Source: Basidiobolus ranarum (lineage: Eukaryota). Taken from it: a DNA stretch of 44,750 nt. The number at the start of each line of letters is the position of its first letter. Positions within the stretch are counted from its first letter, which is position 1. Below are positions 13,750 to 30,532 of this stretch, one piece after another. Under the pieces are notes generated by a model that worked only from the letters and a program-made list of their open reading frames with translations, was not told where the DNA came from and ran no database searches. A program made the translations under genes and the position numbers. The stretch spans positions 1 to 44,750 of the forward strand of contig JASJQH010006904.1 of assembly GCA_040143965.1 (NCBI GenBank), read 5' to 3'.

Positions 13750-14595
13750 TATTTCAACATCTCTTTATCACTCTTTCTGGCTTCGTGTTCAGATGCCTAC
13801 ACTCTTCTTCAATATAATCTATTTGCTTGCTACCATTTCTACTATTTATTTTCTCAAATACACCTTTAATGCTTATTGCCATGTCCATTACTAATACACG
13901 CCTAAAGTAGCATTTTTCTATCTAATATAAATTTTTTGCTTCATGCCCTGGTTTCCATTTTATGCTAGTTGTCAGAGTAGTTGAACAGATTAATCAGCTG
14001 AAAGAGCAATCTTTGATTTTCAACAAAGTGTGGGAGCTTATGTAATAGCTTATCAATGATTATGCTAATTGTACGTCAATTGGTGAACCCGTTAGCATTA
14101 GCTTTCACAAGCAAAATCCCCATTAGTTCCGTTATCTCACAGGGGCTGATTTCGAATTTAATTTATCTGCCATCCAACGCTTCACTATTGCTTTAAACCT
14201 GCTTGGATATAGATCCTCATGTGCTAGCATCATATCAGACGCTTGTTGACTAAGCCCATGTGATATGTGACCGAGGTTATGGAAGATTTAGCAGTCGATT
14301 GGATAAGGATCGTTCATTTGGACCTAGGATTGGTTCAAACCTTTTGAAATAATTCGTAGATAACACTCAGCTGTTCTGTTGTTACATACTAATCATCACA
14401 GTAAGGGATAGATACCGTATCTCACATTACATCCTGACGAAGCCGATGAAAATAAAAAGAAGTCGATTGCTCCAATTTCCATTCTTACTCCTCACATTCT
14501 ATCGCACCAGTGCCTATTCATACATACCTTTAGGTCTTGATCAAGCTAGAGTTAAATATCCACCCCTCTCCCAAAAACAGATAAAGTTGCTTGTT

Positions 14596-15276
14596 ATGGA
14601 GACTTGGCACTTTCCCCTGTCACATCTAAAGAGCGGGGCGGAAACAACGTCACACCAGAGTTTCAAGCAACACAACGAGGTTACTTACTTATCACCTACC
14701 GAATTTAGAGGGCCTAGGACCCACTTTTCAAGAGGTTCTGCACTTTCTACTTATGACTATGCGAATAACGAAGAATATCTTGCTTTCGAACAGAGTTGGG
14801 ATAGGACGCATACACCCTTCTTTGAGGTAAATAACTCGAACAAACTTTTGAATTCTTCAACCCCTTTCGACAATACTCTATGGGTTCAAGATTTTATTGA
14901 TCAAGAAATAGATAGCGAACCTGTTTGTAAATCGCTCGAAGACTTGTTTGAAGAGAGTGAAGAATTTCGTGAAGAGTGGAGTGATGAGTACTTCACAAAA
15001 AAAGCTAATGAGCTTCGACAACAGAATGCTTGCGGCTCTAGAATGGCTAGTTATCCTGAATCACTGAATGAAGCACCTTTAGAATATTGGGACTCTTTAA
15101 AATATGAAGGACGTACAAGTCGTCCTGCTTGGTCTTGGGAAGCAGTATTCGCAAATAAAATTATCCGCAGCATACCTCCTCAAAGTGACCAGTTAATCCA
15201 GACTGCTCATCACCGAATCAATTTATTAGTGAATCACTTAATACCTGCAAAAGCTGAGTCACATCTCTTAGAATAA
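14596..15276 (+). CDS. Uncharacterised protein with WxxxF/Y motifs and a C-terminal PTS2-like nonapeptide
   Basis: Stop-free frame 14446-15276 with acidic, disordered composition. Start uncertain: ATG 14596 (METWHF), ATG 14446, or an upstream exon. Motifs WVQDF, WSDEY, WEAVF, FEQSW and RINLLVNHL. Confidence 0.7.
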   Translation: METWHFPLSHLKSGAETTSHQSFKQHNEVTYLSPTEFRGPRTHFSRGSALSTYDYANNEEYLAFEQSWDRTHTPFFEVNNSNKLLNSSTPFDNTLWVQDFIDQEIDSEPVCKSLEDLFEESEEFREEWSDEYFTKKANELRQQNACGSRMASYPESLNEAPLEYWDSLKYEGRTSRPAWSWEAVFANKIIRSIPPQSDQLIQTAHHRINLLVNHLIPAKAESHLLE

Positions 15277-15490
15277 ACATAAAAAAACCTTTGCTGCATC
15301 AAACTCATTCTCAGATTAAATTATCGAACAAATTGATCAGAAGTGTGCTGACCACACCAGAAATGCCATCAGAATAAGTTTGGAAAAATTCAGTTGATAT
15401 AAAGACAGGGCTTTTTTTCTGTACCTACACCTTCAAATTATTACCAAAGATATTGCTCACCTGTTGGAGTTTTCCCTTATCTCTTAATAA

Positions 15491-17047
15491 ATGGGTATTG
15501 CTCATCTAACTCCTCTTTTGAAAAGATTCGCACCTGGCTCTTTAACAACCCATGCTACTTCCGACTTTCGTAATCTTAATCTTGCCTTAGATGCGAGTGT
15601 TTATCTATACCGATTTCTCGCCAGTAACCAGTTACAACAGCCGCGACACATTCAAGGGTTTTATCAATTTGGAAACTATTTGAAACAAATGAGTATCAAA
15701 CCAGTGTTCGTTTTTGACGGTAAAGTTCGAAATAAACAAAAACTTCACGAGACTAAACGAAGAGCACAACTTCATTCCTCTAACGTATCTCGTCTCACTT
15801 TGGAAGAGCAGAGAAAAAAAAGATTAAATGTGGCCAAGGAAATTGTACAAAGTTGCTCAGACTCGTCTAGTAAACAGCGCACCCAAATATCTGAACACCT
15901 TACAAAAGCTCTCACCTGTTCAGGGCTTATGGACTCTACTGTTGTTAAAATCACTGACCTTTCGGAACAGGCAGCTAAATTAGCGTCAAATACTTTACCA
16001 ACAACTGTTGAACTTCCCGATGCAGTAGGTAGTGTTTTGGAGGGGAAAAATATCAAAGAGGAGTTAGATCTCATGGTTAAGCAAATCACTCAATCTGAAG
16101 CAAAAGGAGGTCGTTTATCCGCGTTGAACTACAGTAATTTTATCACATCGGAGGAAATAAATCTCTTACGAATGCTTGCGACCTCTAACAAGTCCTTTGA
16201 CAAAGTATCTCTTTTGGATAGCATTGAGAAATTACAAAACTACAATCACAATATGCTCCTTTCATTGAATAATAGAATTATCAGAGTTACTGACCAAATG
16301 AAGGAAGAGACAATGCAATTACTAGAATATATGGGATTTCCTTGCATTGTGACTGACAATCACGAAGCTGAAGCCATGTGTGCCTCTCTCACTACTCAAG
16401 GTTTGACAGATGCCACCGCTAGCGAGGATACTGATGCGGTTCTTTTCGGTGATGGTCCTGTTCTTCGTCAGTACTTTTTTCAGGGAGCTCCAGTCATCCA
16501 GATCAATGTTGTAAAGGCACGAGAAGAGCTTGAGTTGTCTCGAGAGCAATTTGTAGACCTATGCATTCTTTGCGGAACAGACTTCTCCGGAAAACTTAAA
16601 GGGATTGGTGCAGTAAAAGGTCTGGCACTAATTAAGAAACATGGTTCGATTGAAGAAATATTGAAGCACGTAAAGAATGAACCTACTTCAAATTTCAATT
16701 ATGTTGAAGCCCGTCGTGTTTTTAATTCTGCTCCTCCTACTCCTTCCAATCTATCACGCTTGGAAGTAAAATCAGAGAGCCCAAGACTTGAGTCTTTCTT
16801 AAAGAGTTTTGATTTAGAGTATCAAACCTCTAGCATGCTTACCGATGATTTTACCTTAATGCAAGAATCTGCTGATCCATTTACAGTAGCTCATGTAGCA
16901 GAACCCCAAGTGGAAGAATACATCCCAGAAGCACAACCAGTTGTCAGTGCTCCGTCAACTGACCCTTTTTTATACACCCAATTGCCACCGGAAATTGAAA
17001 GCAAATTACAAATGGATCTACTGGCTCAAGAACGATATGAGTCGTAA
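15491..17047 (+). CDS. XPG/FEN1-family structure-specific 5' nuclease (atypical FEN1 paralog with long insertion)
   Basis: N region MGI..L..LL, LALDAS, PVFVFDG. I region EAEAMCA, ASEDTD...FG, DLCILCGTDF. H3TH motif KGIGAVKGLALIKKHGSIEEIL. Intronless, 518 aa. Confidence 0.9.
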   Translation: MGIAHLTPLLKRFAPGSLTTHATSDFRNLNLALDASVYLYRFLASNQLQQPRHIQGFYQFGNYLKQMSIKPVFVFDGKVRNKQKLHETKRRAQLHSSNVSRLTLEEQRKKRLNVAKEIVQSCSDSSSKQRTQISEHLTKALTCSGLMDSTVVKITDLSEQAAKLASNTLPTTVELPDAVGSVLEGKNIKEELDLMVKQITQSEAKGGRLSALNYSNFITSEEINLLRMLATSNKSFDKVSLLDSIEKLQNYNHNMLLSLNNRIIRVTDQMKEETMQLLEYMGFPCIVTDNHEAEAMCASLTTQGLTDATASEDTDAVLFGDGPVLRQYFFQGAPVIQINVVKAREELELSREQFVDLCILCGTDFSGKLKGIGAVKGLALIKKHGSIEEILKHVKNEPTSNFNYVEARRVFNSAPPTPSNLSRLEVKSESPRLESFLKSFDLEYQTSSMLTDDFTLMQESADPFTVAHVAEPQVEEYIPEAQPVVSAPSTDPFLYTQLPPEIESKLQMDLLAQERYES

Positions 17048-17532
17048 TTCATCGGTAGAGTGTACATACTTTAGAGACCAGCTTTATCACTACAATAACT
17101 CTTGTAGCGTGAATAATAGTTTTTATTAGAAATTTAGATTCCTAGTACCTTTCAGAAAGTGCTATGCTTTCGACGTTTTTAGAGGCAACAGACTTGCACG
17201 AAATGTATACTTTCATTACAAATTGACCGTTGTTACTATATATAACCTCAGGCCGAGCAGTGTGTATCGATAAAAGTCAAAAATCAGATTAAACTAGCTA
17301 GATCCATTCATCAGTCATTATTTGATTATTGCTAGAAGTCTGGTAGCACCAATATCACCTGAGCTTGCACTTGGTTTATGTCTGAAATGTAAAGTCAACC
17401 GATTTCATTTATTTCGTGGTGGACGTGTACAATTTATGTTACGTGAAGCATGACTAAAGAAACATATGCGTATTTAGTGGGTAAAGGCATGCACTAGTAA
17501 GCATCGAGTGAGAGGAAAAGTATAACACATTT

Positions 17533-19666
17533 TCACATGACTTTGCCAATACAAGTCTTGTATAGGCTTTCTACATTGTTTGACCACTTTTCAATGGAGG
17601 TGTAGCGCAATGTATCTGATGATCTACAAATGGAGACGAAGATTAGTATGTAGGTATGAATATGGTGTTTGCCAGAAACCGCATTTACTCTCTGTATAGT
17701 TCTAGGCGCTGGTTAATCTGATCGATGCGGCCAGAAATTCTGTTGTCCAAGATTAAAGCCACCAAAAGATCTTCAACGTCCTGCTCAGGAATGTTCAATT
17801 GCTGTTGTTTGTTAATATTAAAGTATACTTTGACAAGCTGAGAATTAATGATAGATACCTTGGAAATGAAGGGAATCTCGATACGCGTATACGGCTTGAT
17901 CAGATTAATCAAAACCTGAGTACGAATATTACGCAATACATCGTCAATATAAGTACGAATAAACGGATCATCCATGATAGTGCTTCGGTTTTCTGGTTAG
18001 CCGGCAGGGGTGAATATGAAGTGAACATCATATATAAATGAATTAGTGTTGGATGCAGGTGGTTTGTGTTTCTGAGACACATACCTCTTAATATCTTTTC
18101 AAACTCATGAATCTCTTTGTGTTGATACGCGCTAACTAAATTAGTCATGGCGACAATCTGTGGGTCATTCTTGTAGCTATGGTAGATGTTGGGTTAGCTT
18201 GTAAAAAATTGAGCTTATCAACAGTGAGTACTTACGGTTTTGTTTCTTGAGAGTCAAAAGGGTTAATTTGAGAATCAGTCAGCATGTTGGCCAATACTAG
18301 GTACCTGCGAAAACTAGTTCAATATCGAGAAGTAGACTACTACATTAACAGACGAGACCTTACTTAAGAACTTGTATACGCTGTGGGCTCCCGGCTTCAT
18401 CATAATTTCTAAAAGATTCAAAGAAATCTGTTTGTGCCTTTTCCCATTCCTCTGTTGTTGGTAATACAAGTTAGCATCAGCACTGCAGGTTTTTAGAAGA
18501 AATAACTTACTTTCGCTCATATGCATTTTACCACCGCATTCGCGAATAACTCCCATAATACGTGGATGTGGAATTGCTGACTTAACATGAAGGCATTGTT
18601 GATAAAGAGCCTAAAGAGACAAGTAAGTGATAGCTGTTGAATCTGTATTAACCAAGTACGGTCGAACCTTGAGTTTGTTGTTGTTTTTAGTTTGTGTGTA
18701 CATTTGAATCTCAAGAGCAAAAATTTCCAGAAGCTGAGTTCCTTTCCTTTGGTCGTCAGTACCATCATCTCTTTGGCAAGAAGTATGAAGTTGACGAAGG
18801 ATCTATTCGTATATTGAAGTAAGAACCCTCGCATAGTAACAGTTTAAAGATGTGCCATATTACCTTAGCCAATCGATTGTATTCTTGACGGTCTAACCAA
18901 AGTTTGGCAAGTTTAAGATTGGTCTTAACCCATAGCCTCTACGTAAAGTTATCGTAACGCAAATCATTGAGATCGATGCTGTAGATGACTTTAAAGCGAT
19001 AGAGTAATACGCTACCTCATTTTTAGCTTCCTCTAGGGCATGTAATGTAGTGGAGTAAAATCTCTCCATAAATGACATATCGGATGAGGTAGATATATAA
19101 TCCAGAATGTTGTTGATGCTTTTTTCGCTATAATTACGAGTAACTGCTGACTTAATGAACGTCAAAAGTTGTTCGTAAAATTCCAAAGTCTATTAAAGAA
19201 ATTATATCAACGATTTATAAATGAAGGTATTTTCTACGATTACTTTGACTAGTTACCGAGTCGTAATTGTTAGCTTTAAATGACAATTTGACCATCTGCT
19301 TTAAAGCTTTAAACCCCCTAATAAAGCAAGATAAATAAAGGATCATAAAACCAACACAAACTAATTATAGACTTAATAAAATGCAACGTACCACTCCCCT
19401 TTCTCTTCTTCAGAATCTACTACACTCTGAAATTCCTCAATTGCCCCATCTGGATCGTCTTCTTTACGACCTATTGAAATACAGATAAGTTTGATCAAAG
19501 AAATAAAAATAAATTGAGCTTAGACAAGTGAAATTTTCTTAAGCTAACCTTTGGCATTGTAATATTTATTTTCAAGATCTACATCTGGTTCTTCCTGTTC
19601 ATCATCTTCATAGTCGAAATCGTACTCCTCCTCCTCTTCCTCCATCATAAAATCATCGTCCGACAT
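17533..19666 (-). CDS. CSN2: COP9 signalosome subunit 2 (PCI domain)
   Basis: 13 exons traced with GT-AG introns, from ATG 19666 ([18 protein letters not shown]) through [77 protein letters not shown] and [16 protein letters not shown], to TGA 17535-17533. Confidence 0.96.
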
Positions 19667-20200
19667 AGTTAATAGAATATGGTATTGAAAACTAAAAGAA
19701 TTATCAGAACTTGCTAGGAATACACTCAAACCAAAGCAAACATAGCATAAAGTACCAGATACAATGATGAGGCTTTGAAATGGAATTGATCGAAACTAAT
19801 ATCACGTCACACCTGCAACAAGCTTATATGTATGTTTAAGATGGAATTTTTTCGTTTAGCATATTATATCAGAATTTTATCCAGTATAATAATCGATTAT
19901 CATTTTCGAGACATTCGTACATTTTTGGATAGTAGCTTGATAATCAGTAATCTTCGAGCAACCATGAATCAAGAGCCTTTAGCTTATATTAGCCAGTGGC
20001 TCGGACTTGGAGCTTTGTAAATTTCGAAGTTCTTTCTCGTAATTACTATTCTATAAATCGAGAGCTTAGGAATATCGGTATTCTATCTGCTTCAAGTAAA
20101 TACTTCGTCTAATCTATTACTCCATTAAATAGTAAGTACTTTGATATATTCGGTGGCTTTTGCTTTATTAAATATCAAGTCAATTATATAGTTTCTTGAA

Positions 20201-24877
<4,677 letters not shown>

Positions 24878-25171
24878 AGTACAGGAATATCAGACGCGTG
24901 ACAAACCTCAATCATTACTTGCCAAACTTTCGATTTTGGACCCATCTTGAATCGAGCCGAAGACTATTTGCATAGTCTATCCTAAATAACTACAAATCAC
25001 ATTTACACCATTGTAGACTAAACACCTGGCACTGCATTCAATAAAACACAAGCTGTAACATCGATTAAATATACACATTTTGAAAGCTGAAGTTAGACTG
25101 GCAGAGTCTTTTAGCTTTATTTCTATCTACAATCAACCTGTCTACTCTTTTTTAACGAGTTCGGCTACAAC

Positions 25172-25716
25172 TTAGTCTTTTGAGGAACCATCACGAGGTC
25201 TGTACTTAATACCTCGTCTATCTAGCTCATCTTCAACATATTCAGGTATACGACCAGACACACGAACTGCATAGAGCCCTTTCGTAAATTTGTCTAGTAT
25301 ACAAGTAAACATTAATAAAAACGATAAACTGAAAATTGAATTTTGTACTTACCAACACGTTGCCAACGTGCCACCCAGCTCTCTTCAGGCTTCATCATGG
25401 CTATGCAACTAAATCAACCAGATTGTCTGTAAGGATTACTGATTACTTATAGAAACTATTAAAAATTAATAGATACCCGTCGAATGTAGAGCTAGTACAT
25501 TCCATGACACGATCGTTACTTCCACGCATGCGTAATATCTCCTCACAATTATCACAACCAGTCTGTCTGAATTGTGCTGCGTTCTAAGTGAAAAACAGAT
25601 TGTCAGCTTAGTGTTTGTTGTTTACTTAGAAATTGACTAAATTTAGGAACCTTAACGAGTGAACATAATAAACAAGCTCTTAATTGACGTTTCTCGGTGG
25701 GCACAATGTTAGACAT
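25172..25716 (-). CDS. SPT4: Transcription elongation factor Spt4 (DSIF small subunit)
   Basis: Not in the ORF track. Exons 25716-25651, 25583-25477, 25408-25353, 25293-25172 give [72 protein letters not shown]. Confidence 0.96.
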
Positions 25717-26677
25717 TATTCACTTGGAAGTAAAGAGGAATAAAAAAGTAAAAAAATCATAACCAATTTAGTAATACTATTGAATAATTTTCTGTTGACG
25801 AATATTTATTATGATTCCCTACTTAGGAAATTCCACTCTCACCCTTTATAAATCATAAAAATGAGGTTTAAAATTCAAGATAATCAAGAGTCACATTGCA
25901 CGTTGGTACATGCATAACTTAGTACTACCTCACTGCTTTGAATTCGGCTTAGATGTGCGTTACAGATTCATGTGACAATTGAAGTGGTTGCGGGGTATCA
26001 CATCACGTTTTAGAAAGTGGTTACAGAATGCCAATCCTGAGCCTGGCGATGTTTCAATATGACACCGTTGGATTGTATGGGGGTGACTTTTTTGTATTTG
26101 CAGTGGTTTCAACCTTTAACTTGGCGGGGAGCATAGTCATCAGCGCAGGACAGGCCTATCTATGCCTCGGGTAATAGCCTTGGTATTATTTTCCGTTTCA
26201 CTCTACTCTGATTCCCTCTTAATTTCTGTATCGTCGTATATGCATCTTGCAGGACGAAGTCGACCAATAGTCACAAACTATCTTATTTCCTTGACTCGTG
26301 CAAGTAATAAACCCTTCATATCGGTAAATTCATAACATCCTATTTTGGCAAGAAGCACATTACATGCCTAAGCCATTATACTATTAGACTTTTATTTGAG
26401 ATATATTAAACCAAGCGGGAGAGGGTAAGGTTTTCCATTCTTTCCTAATCAAAGCCCAACTTTTTTTGATTAGGCTTGGCTCCCATACTTTCTGCCACTG
26501 CCTTTAATCCTGCTTTGGAATGTTTCCATATTGTTGACGTTTTCTAAATAGCCTGTAACAAATATCGTATCATTACATATATAACGTAACGCCTGCTTTC
26601 ATATTTTCACCTGTCTTTCCAACCACTTGGTATAAGATAGTACAAGTTAACTGGTTTCCTTTGTTGAACACACTACT

Positions 26678-27972
26678 ATGACTACTTTTGCTGATTTCTA
26701 CCCCATCTCTTCGGAGAAAGAAAATATTATCCTCGATTCCAATCTACTCAAACGTCTGTCGCAGGATTCTACTCCAAAGTCACCTTCCACCGAATATCGT
26801 TTAAGCCTTGGGGCACTTCCTGAAGCTGACCTGGAACTTGACTCCTTTAGCACTTTAGGCTCTATTGACTTAGATTCCAGCCCGTTGATTAGTTCTGAGG
26901 CTTCAACAATATCATTAGAACTTGACCTTGAGCATTTAAGCTACCCTTCACCGGTTTTACTAAAAGCCCCCTTTCAGCCTGCTCAACTAACCACTGTATA
27001 TGCTGAGTTAGCTCCACAAACCAACCATGCTTTCTGGGAAGATTTAGCCAACAACTTTGATCAAGTATACAAAGAAGCACCAGAACTGGTTCGCGAAAAA
27101 CTTTACAAAGGAATTCCTTCAGCCTATCGTGGTCGTTTATGGAAGATTATGAGCAAAGGAGATCGCACATTTTTAGAGACACTGTACATGCAGTTAATAG
27201 ATGAAGCATCTCCCCATGATTGGAATATATCTCTGGATCTACCACGCACTTTCCCAAGATTAGAAATGTTTCAAGATAAAGATGGCCCTGGTCAAACAGG
27301 AATGAGAAACATTTTGAGAGTCTACTCAACCTATGATTCACAAGTGGGTTACTGTCAAGGGTTTGGCCATATCGTCGGTGTATTGTTGATGCAACTAGAG
27401 GAATGTGAAGCATTCTGTATATTCGTAAGGTTAGATACACATACTAGATATTCTTCTCATTGTCGTGGTATTCATGTTGTCGTTTTAGGATGATGGAAAG
27501 TTACAACTTACGCACTACATACTCACATAATATGATTGGACTCGAATTAAGAATCTATCAACTGAGATCTTTGATGTCTACACATCTTCCCAAACTCTTG
27601 AATCATCTAGATGCTCACAACGTTAAAACTGGAATGTATTCTACCCAGTGGTTTTTGACCATATTTGGATGTTGCTTCCCTTTATCATTAGTGCAGAGAG
27701 TATATGATGTGATGTTCATTGACGGAATCGATGTAACTCTACTAAGAGTTGCCTTAGCTCTACTGAAACGCAACGAGGCCCAATTACTCCAACTCGACCA
27801 ATTCGAAGATATTATGAAGGTGTTAAGTACTAGAATGTGCGAACCATTCTCCGGATCAATAGGTGACATTCTAGCAGAAGCCAAGAAGTTGGAGAAGACA
27901 GTGAACAAGAAAATCCTACAAGTATACGCCAAAAAGCATGAGCTCTTGCGTAGAATATTCGATCGCAACTGA
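26678..27972 (+). CDS. TBC-domain Rab GTPase-activating protein (EVI5/Gyp5-like, short)
   Basis: Exons 26678-27429 and 27489-27972. GIPSAYRGRLW, Arg finger ISLDLPRT, Gln finger VGYCQG, and YSTQWFLTIF..PLSLVQRVYDVMF. Confidence 0.92.
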
Positions 27973-28717
27973 GCTTAGTCAGTTGGTGATTAATCCAACC
28001 AACACTCATAGCTCTGGTTTTCATCATGTATCTTCCATACACTGATACCAAGTATCTTAGTGTTCATAATTCATAATGAGACGTGCTTATTGTTCCTGAT
28101 TTATCTTGTACATCACTGCGGGCATCAGTAATACACACTCTCTTTGTATGTAAAATTAACATTCTAACATTCACACCTTCGACCTTTCCACCCTATATTT
28201 ATCTTTTATAACTATTCATGAGATTTAAGGATATTCGGTAAAATGAATTCCAAACCTTACTATCATTAAACGAGTATACCATCCAAGTCCCTCTTTCAGT
28301 GACAAATTTCTTAATATTAACATATTGATATATGGCATATGGTCAATATTAATCAGAAAACTAGGTGAATTGAATTCCTATATTAAACCACAGTTATAAA
28401 TTAATTGTTATGTATAAGTGTTTATTTGGGTAGAGGTTGAAAATGCGGTAGGGAAGAGGGAAATGATATATTTCTTCTTAACCACACATGAGATGAAAAG
28501 AATATTGAAAAATAACTCTTGTATACCTCCGAGAATTGCTTTCTATTCAAAATAATCATCCAAATCTCGGTAACAAAAGGGATATTTTTTAGTACAAAGT
28601 GAGAGAAGAAATAGTATGGGAATAAAAGAGCTGTACTGTAAAGAAAACACACAAACTATTATGTAGTCTAAGAGCAAACGTTTCGTTTTCATTATTAGCT
28701 CTGTTTACTGGATTAAT

Positions 28718-29815
28718 TTACTTGGGTGGGTTATAGATGATCTTTCTGTTCTTGAGTACGCTCCACTTGTAACGCTTGAGCCAGATGGAGATAACGAACA
28801 AACCAGAAAGAATGGCAACTGCCTTGAGACCTAACTTCTTACGCTCATCGTGCTCTGGTTCAGAAGCCCAAGACAAGAAAGTGGAGACATCCTTGGCCAT
28901 TTGAGATGTAGTGGCAGGAGTACCATCTTCGTATTCGACAAGACCATCATAAAGAACACGGGCCATGGCAATGGCGCCACCAGGGAAGTAAGGGTTAAAG
29001 TTCAAACCTTCACGAATCTCGACACCAGCTGGGGCATCAACATAACCAGTGAGAAGAGAGAAAATATAATCAGCACCACCATGTCTAGCTTTGACAATCA
29101 AACTGAGATCAGGGGGATAAGCACCAGCGTTACCAGCTCTAGCGGCTTCCTCGTTAGGGTAAGGACGAGGGAAATAATCAGAAGGCTTACCAGGTCTTTG
29201 GAACATATCACCAACATCATTGGGACCATCCTCGACCTCGATTTCTTCAGCTAAAGCCTTGACTTCATCTTCAGTATGAGAAACATCGATAAGGTTACGG
29301 AAAGCAATACGATCCAATGAATGACAAGTGGCGCAAACTTCTTTGTAAACTTGATAACCACGACGAATAGAAGCGTGATCAAAAGTACTCAATGGGTTAT
29401 TGTGACTCCAAGGGTAAGCAGTGGGGTGAAGACCCTCGGCAGAAGCGTCAGCCATAACAGTACTGTTGAAGTAAGCATAAGTAGCAACACCACCAACAAT
29501 AGCAGCACCACCAGCAGTGGCAAATCTATTCAAAGGAGCCTAATAAATTCGAACATTGAATTAGTAAATCGGATTCTAACACGACAATTTTCCAAACAGT
29601 ACAAACCGAGAATTCTCCAGCAGCCTTAGTGGAGTTGAAACGAGTCTACAATCAAAGGAAAAGGTAAATCCACTGTACAATGTCTTGGCTTGTATCAAAG
29701 ATATTTCAATTTTCTATTGCAAATATCGAAGAAATAAAAATATTTGAACGTGCTTTACCTGAGTGGCGGCGTACGAGACGGCTCTAGCGGTCCTCTTGGA
29801 AATATTTCTAAACAT
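28718..29815 (-). CDS. CYT1: Cytochrome c1, respiratory complex III subunit
   Basis: Exons 29815-29759, 29645-29607, 29539-28718. Bipartite presequence, heme motif [46 protein letters not shown]-terminal transmembrane anchor. Confidence 0.98.
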
Positions 29816-29970
29816 TGTGTGATGGTATACTGAATAAAAGGAAAGAGAAGACCAGTAGAGTTTATTGGGTAGGGATGTGCTTGGGTAAAATCGTAGCACG
29901 CGAGCTAACGAGGAAAGGAATCACTTTTCACAAAAATATTGGGGTACAAAGAGTGGATAAAATGTGGGGC

Positions 29971-29976
29971 GATTGG
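29971..29976 (-). promoter_or_regulatory. Candidate CCAAT box (HAP complex site) upstream of CYT1
   Basis: GATTGG (CCAATC on the minus strand) about 155 nt upstream of the CYT1 ATG, with a second CCAATC at 30101-30106. CCAAT-binding complexes regulate respiratory genes in fungi, but the motif is short. Confidence 0.35.
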
Positions 29977-30510
29977 GGAGAGCTACCCATATACCCATAC
30001 AATTAATGACCGTAAGGAATAAATTGTTTAGTAACAACTTTTCATGTATGAAAAATTTAGTTGGGGTTTCTTGAATCCAGTAACCGATCAAAATTTTGAA
30101 CCAATCAAGCCTCTTTATTTGTAGGGTTTGGATATTGGCACAGCATTGTGTGGAGGCCCATGTTTACAAAAAAACTATCCTGAGAGTGGTTCGATCATGT
30201 CGATATGCCCCATATAAATCGCATAGCATGTGAAATTCCGCATGCTAGATTTTGACATTTGGTTTGAAATCAAGGCATGAGATTTTCACCAATGCAAGTC
30301 ATATTTTAACATATTCTGATTAGTTAAAACAGTATCTGTGTTTAGTTAATCAATCTGCGTTCGTCCCGCAATTTATCCACATTTTTCCTATACTAGATCA
30401 GTGTCTGGCTATATTTTTAGCATCTTTGAATAGTTAATTGACATAACTAAGTGTACTACAATTTTGTGATTTACGTTGATTCGATACAGATTGTTGCTAG
30501 TACATACTGG

Positions 30511-30532
30511 CCCTAACCCTAACCCTAACCTA
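30511..30532. repeat. Interstitial telomere-type tract (CCCTAA)3CCTA
   Basis: Reads ccctaaccctaaccctaaccta directly. Confidence 0.85.

Noticed and set aside
14320..14345. tRNA T-loop-like GGTTCAAACC (also GTTCGA at about 10482 and 30189)
   Set aside because: No cloverleaf can be folded around any of them.
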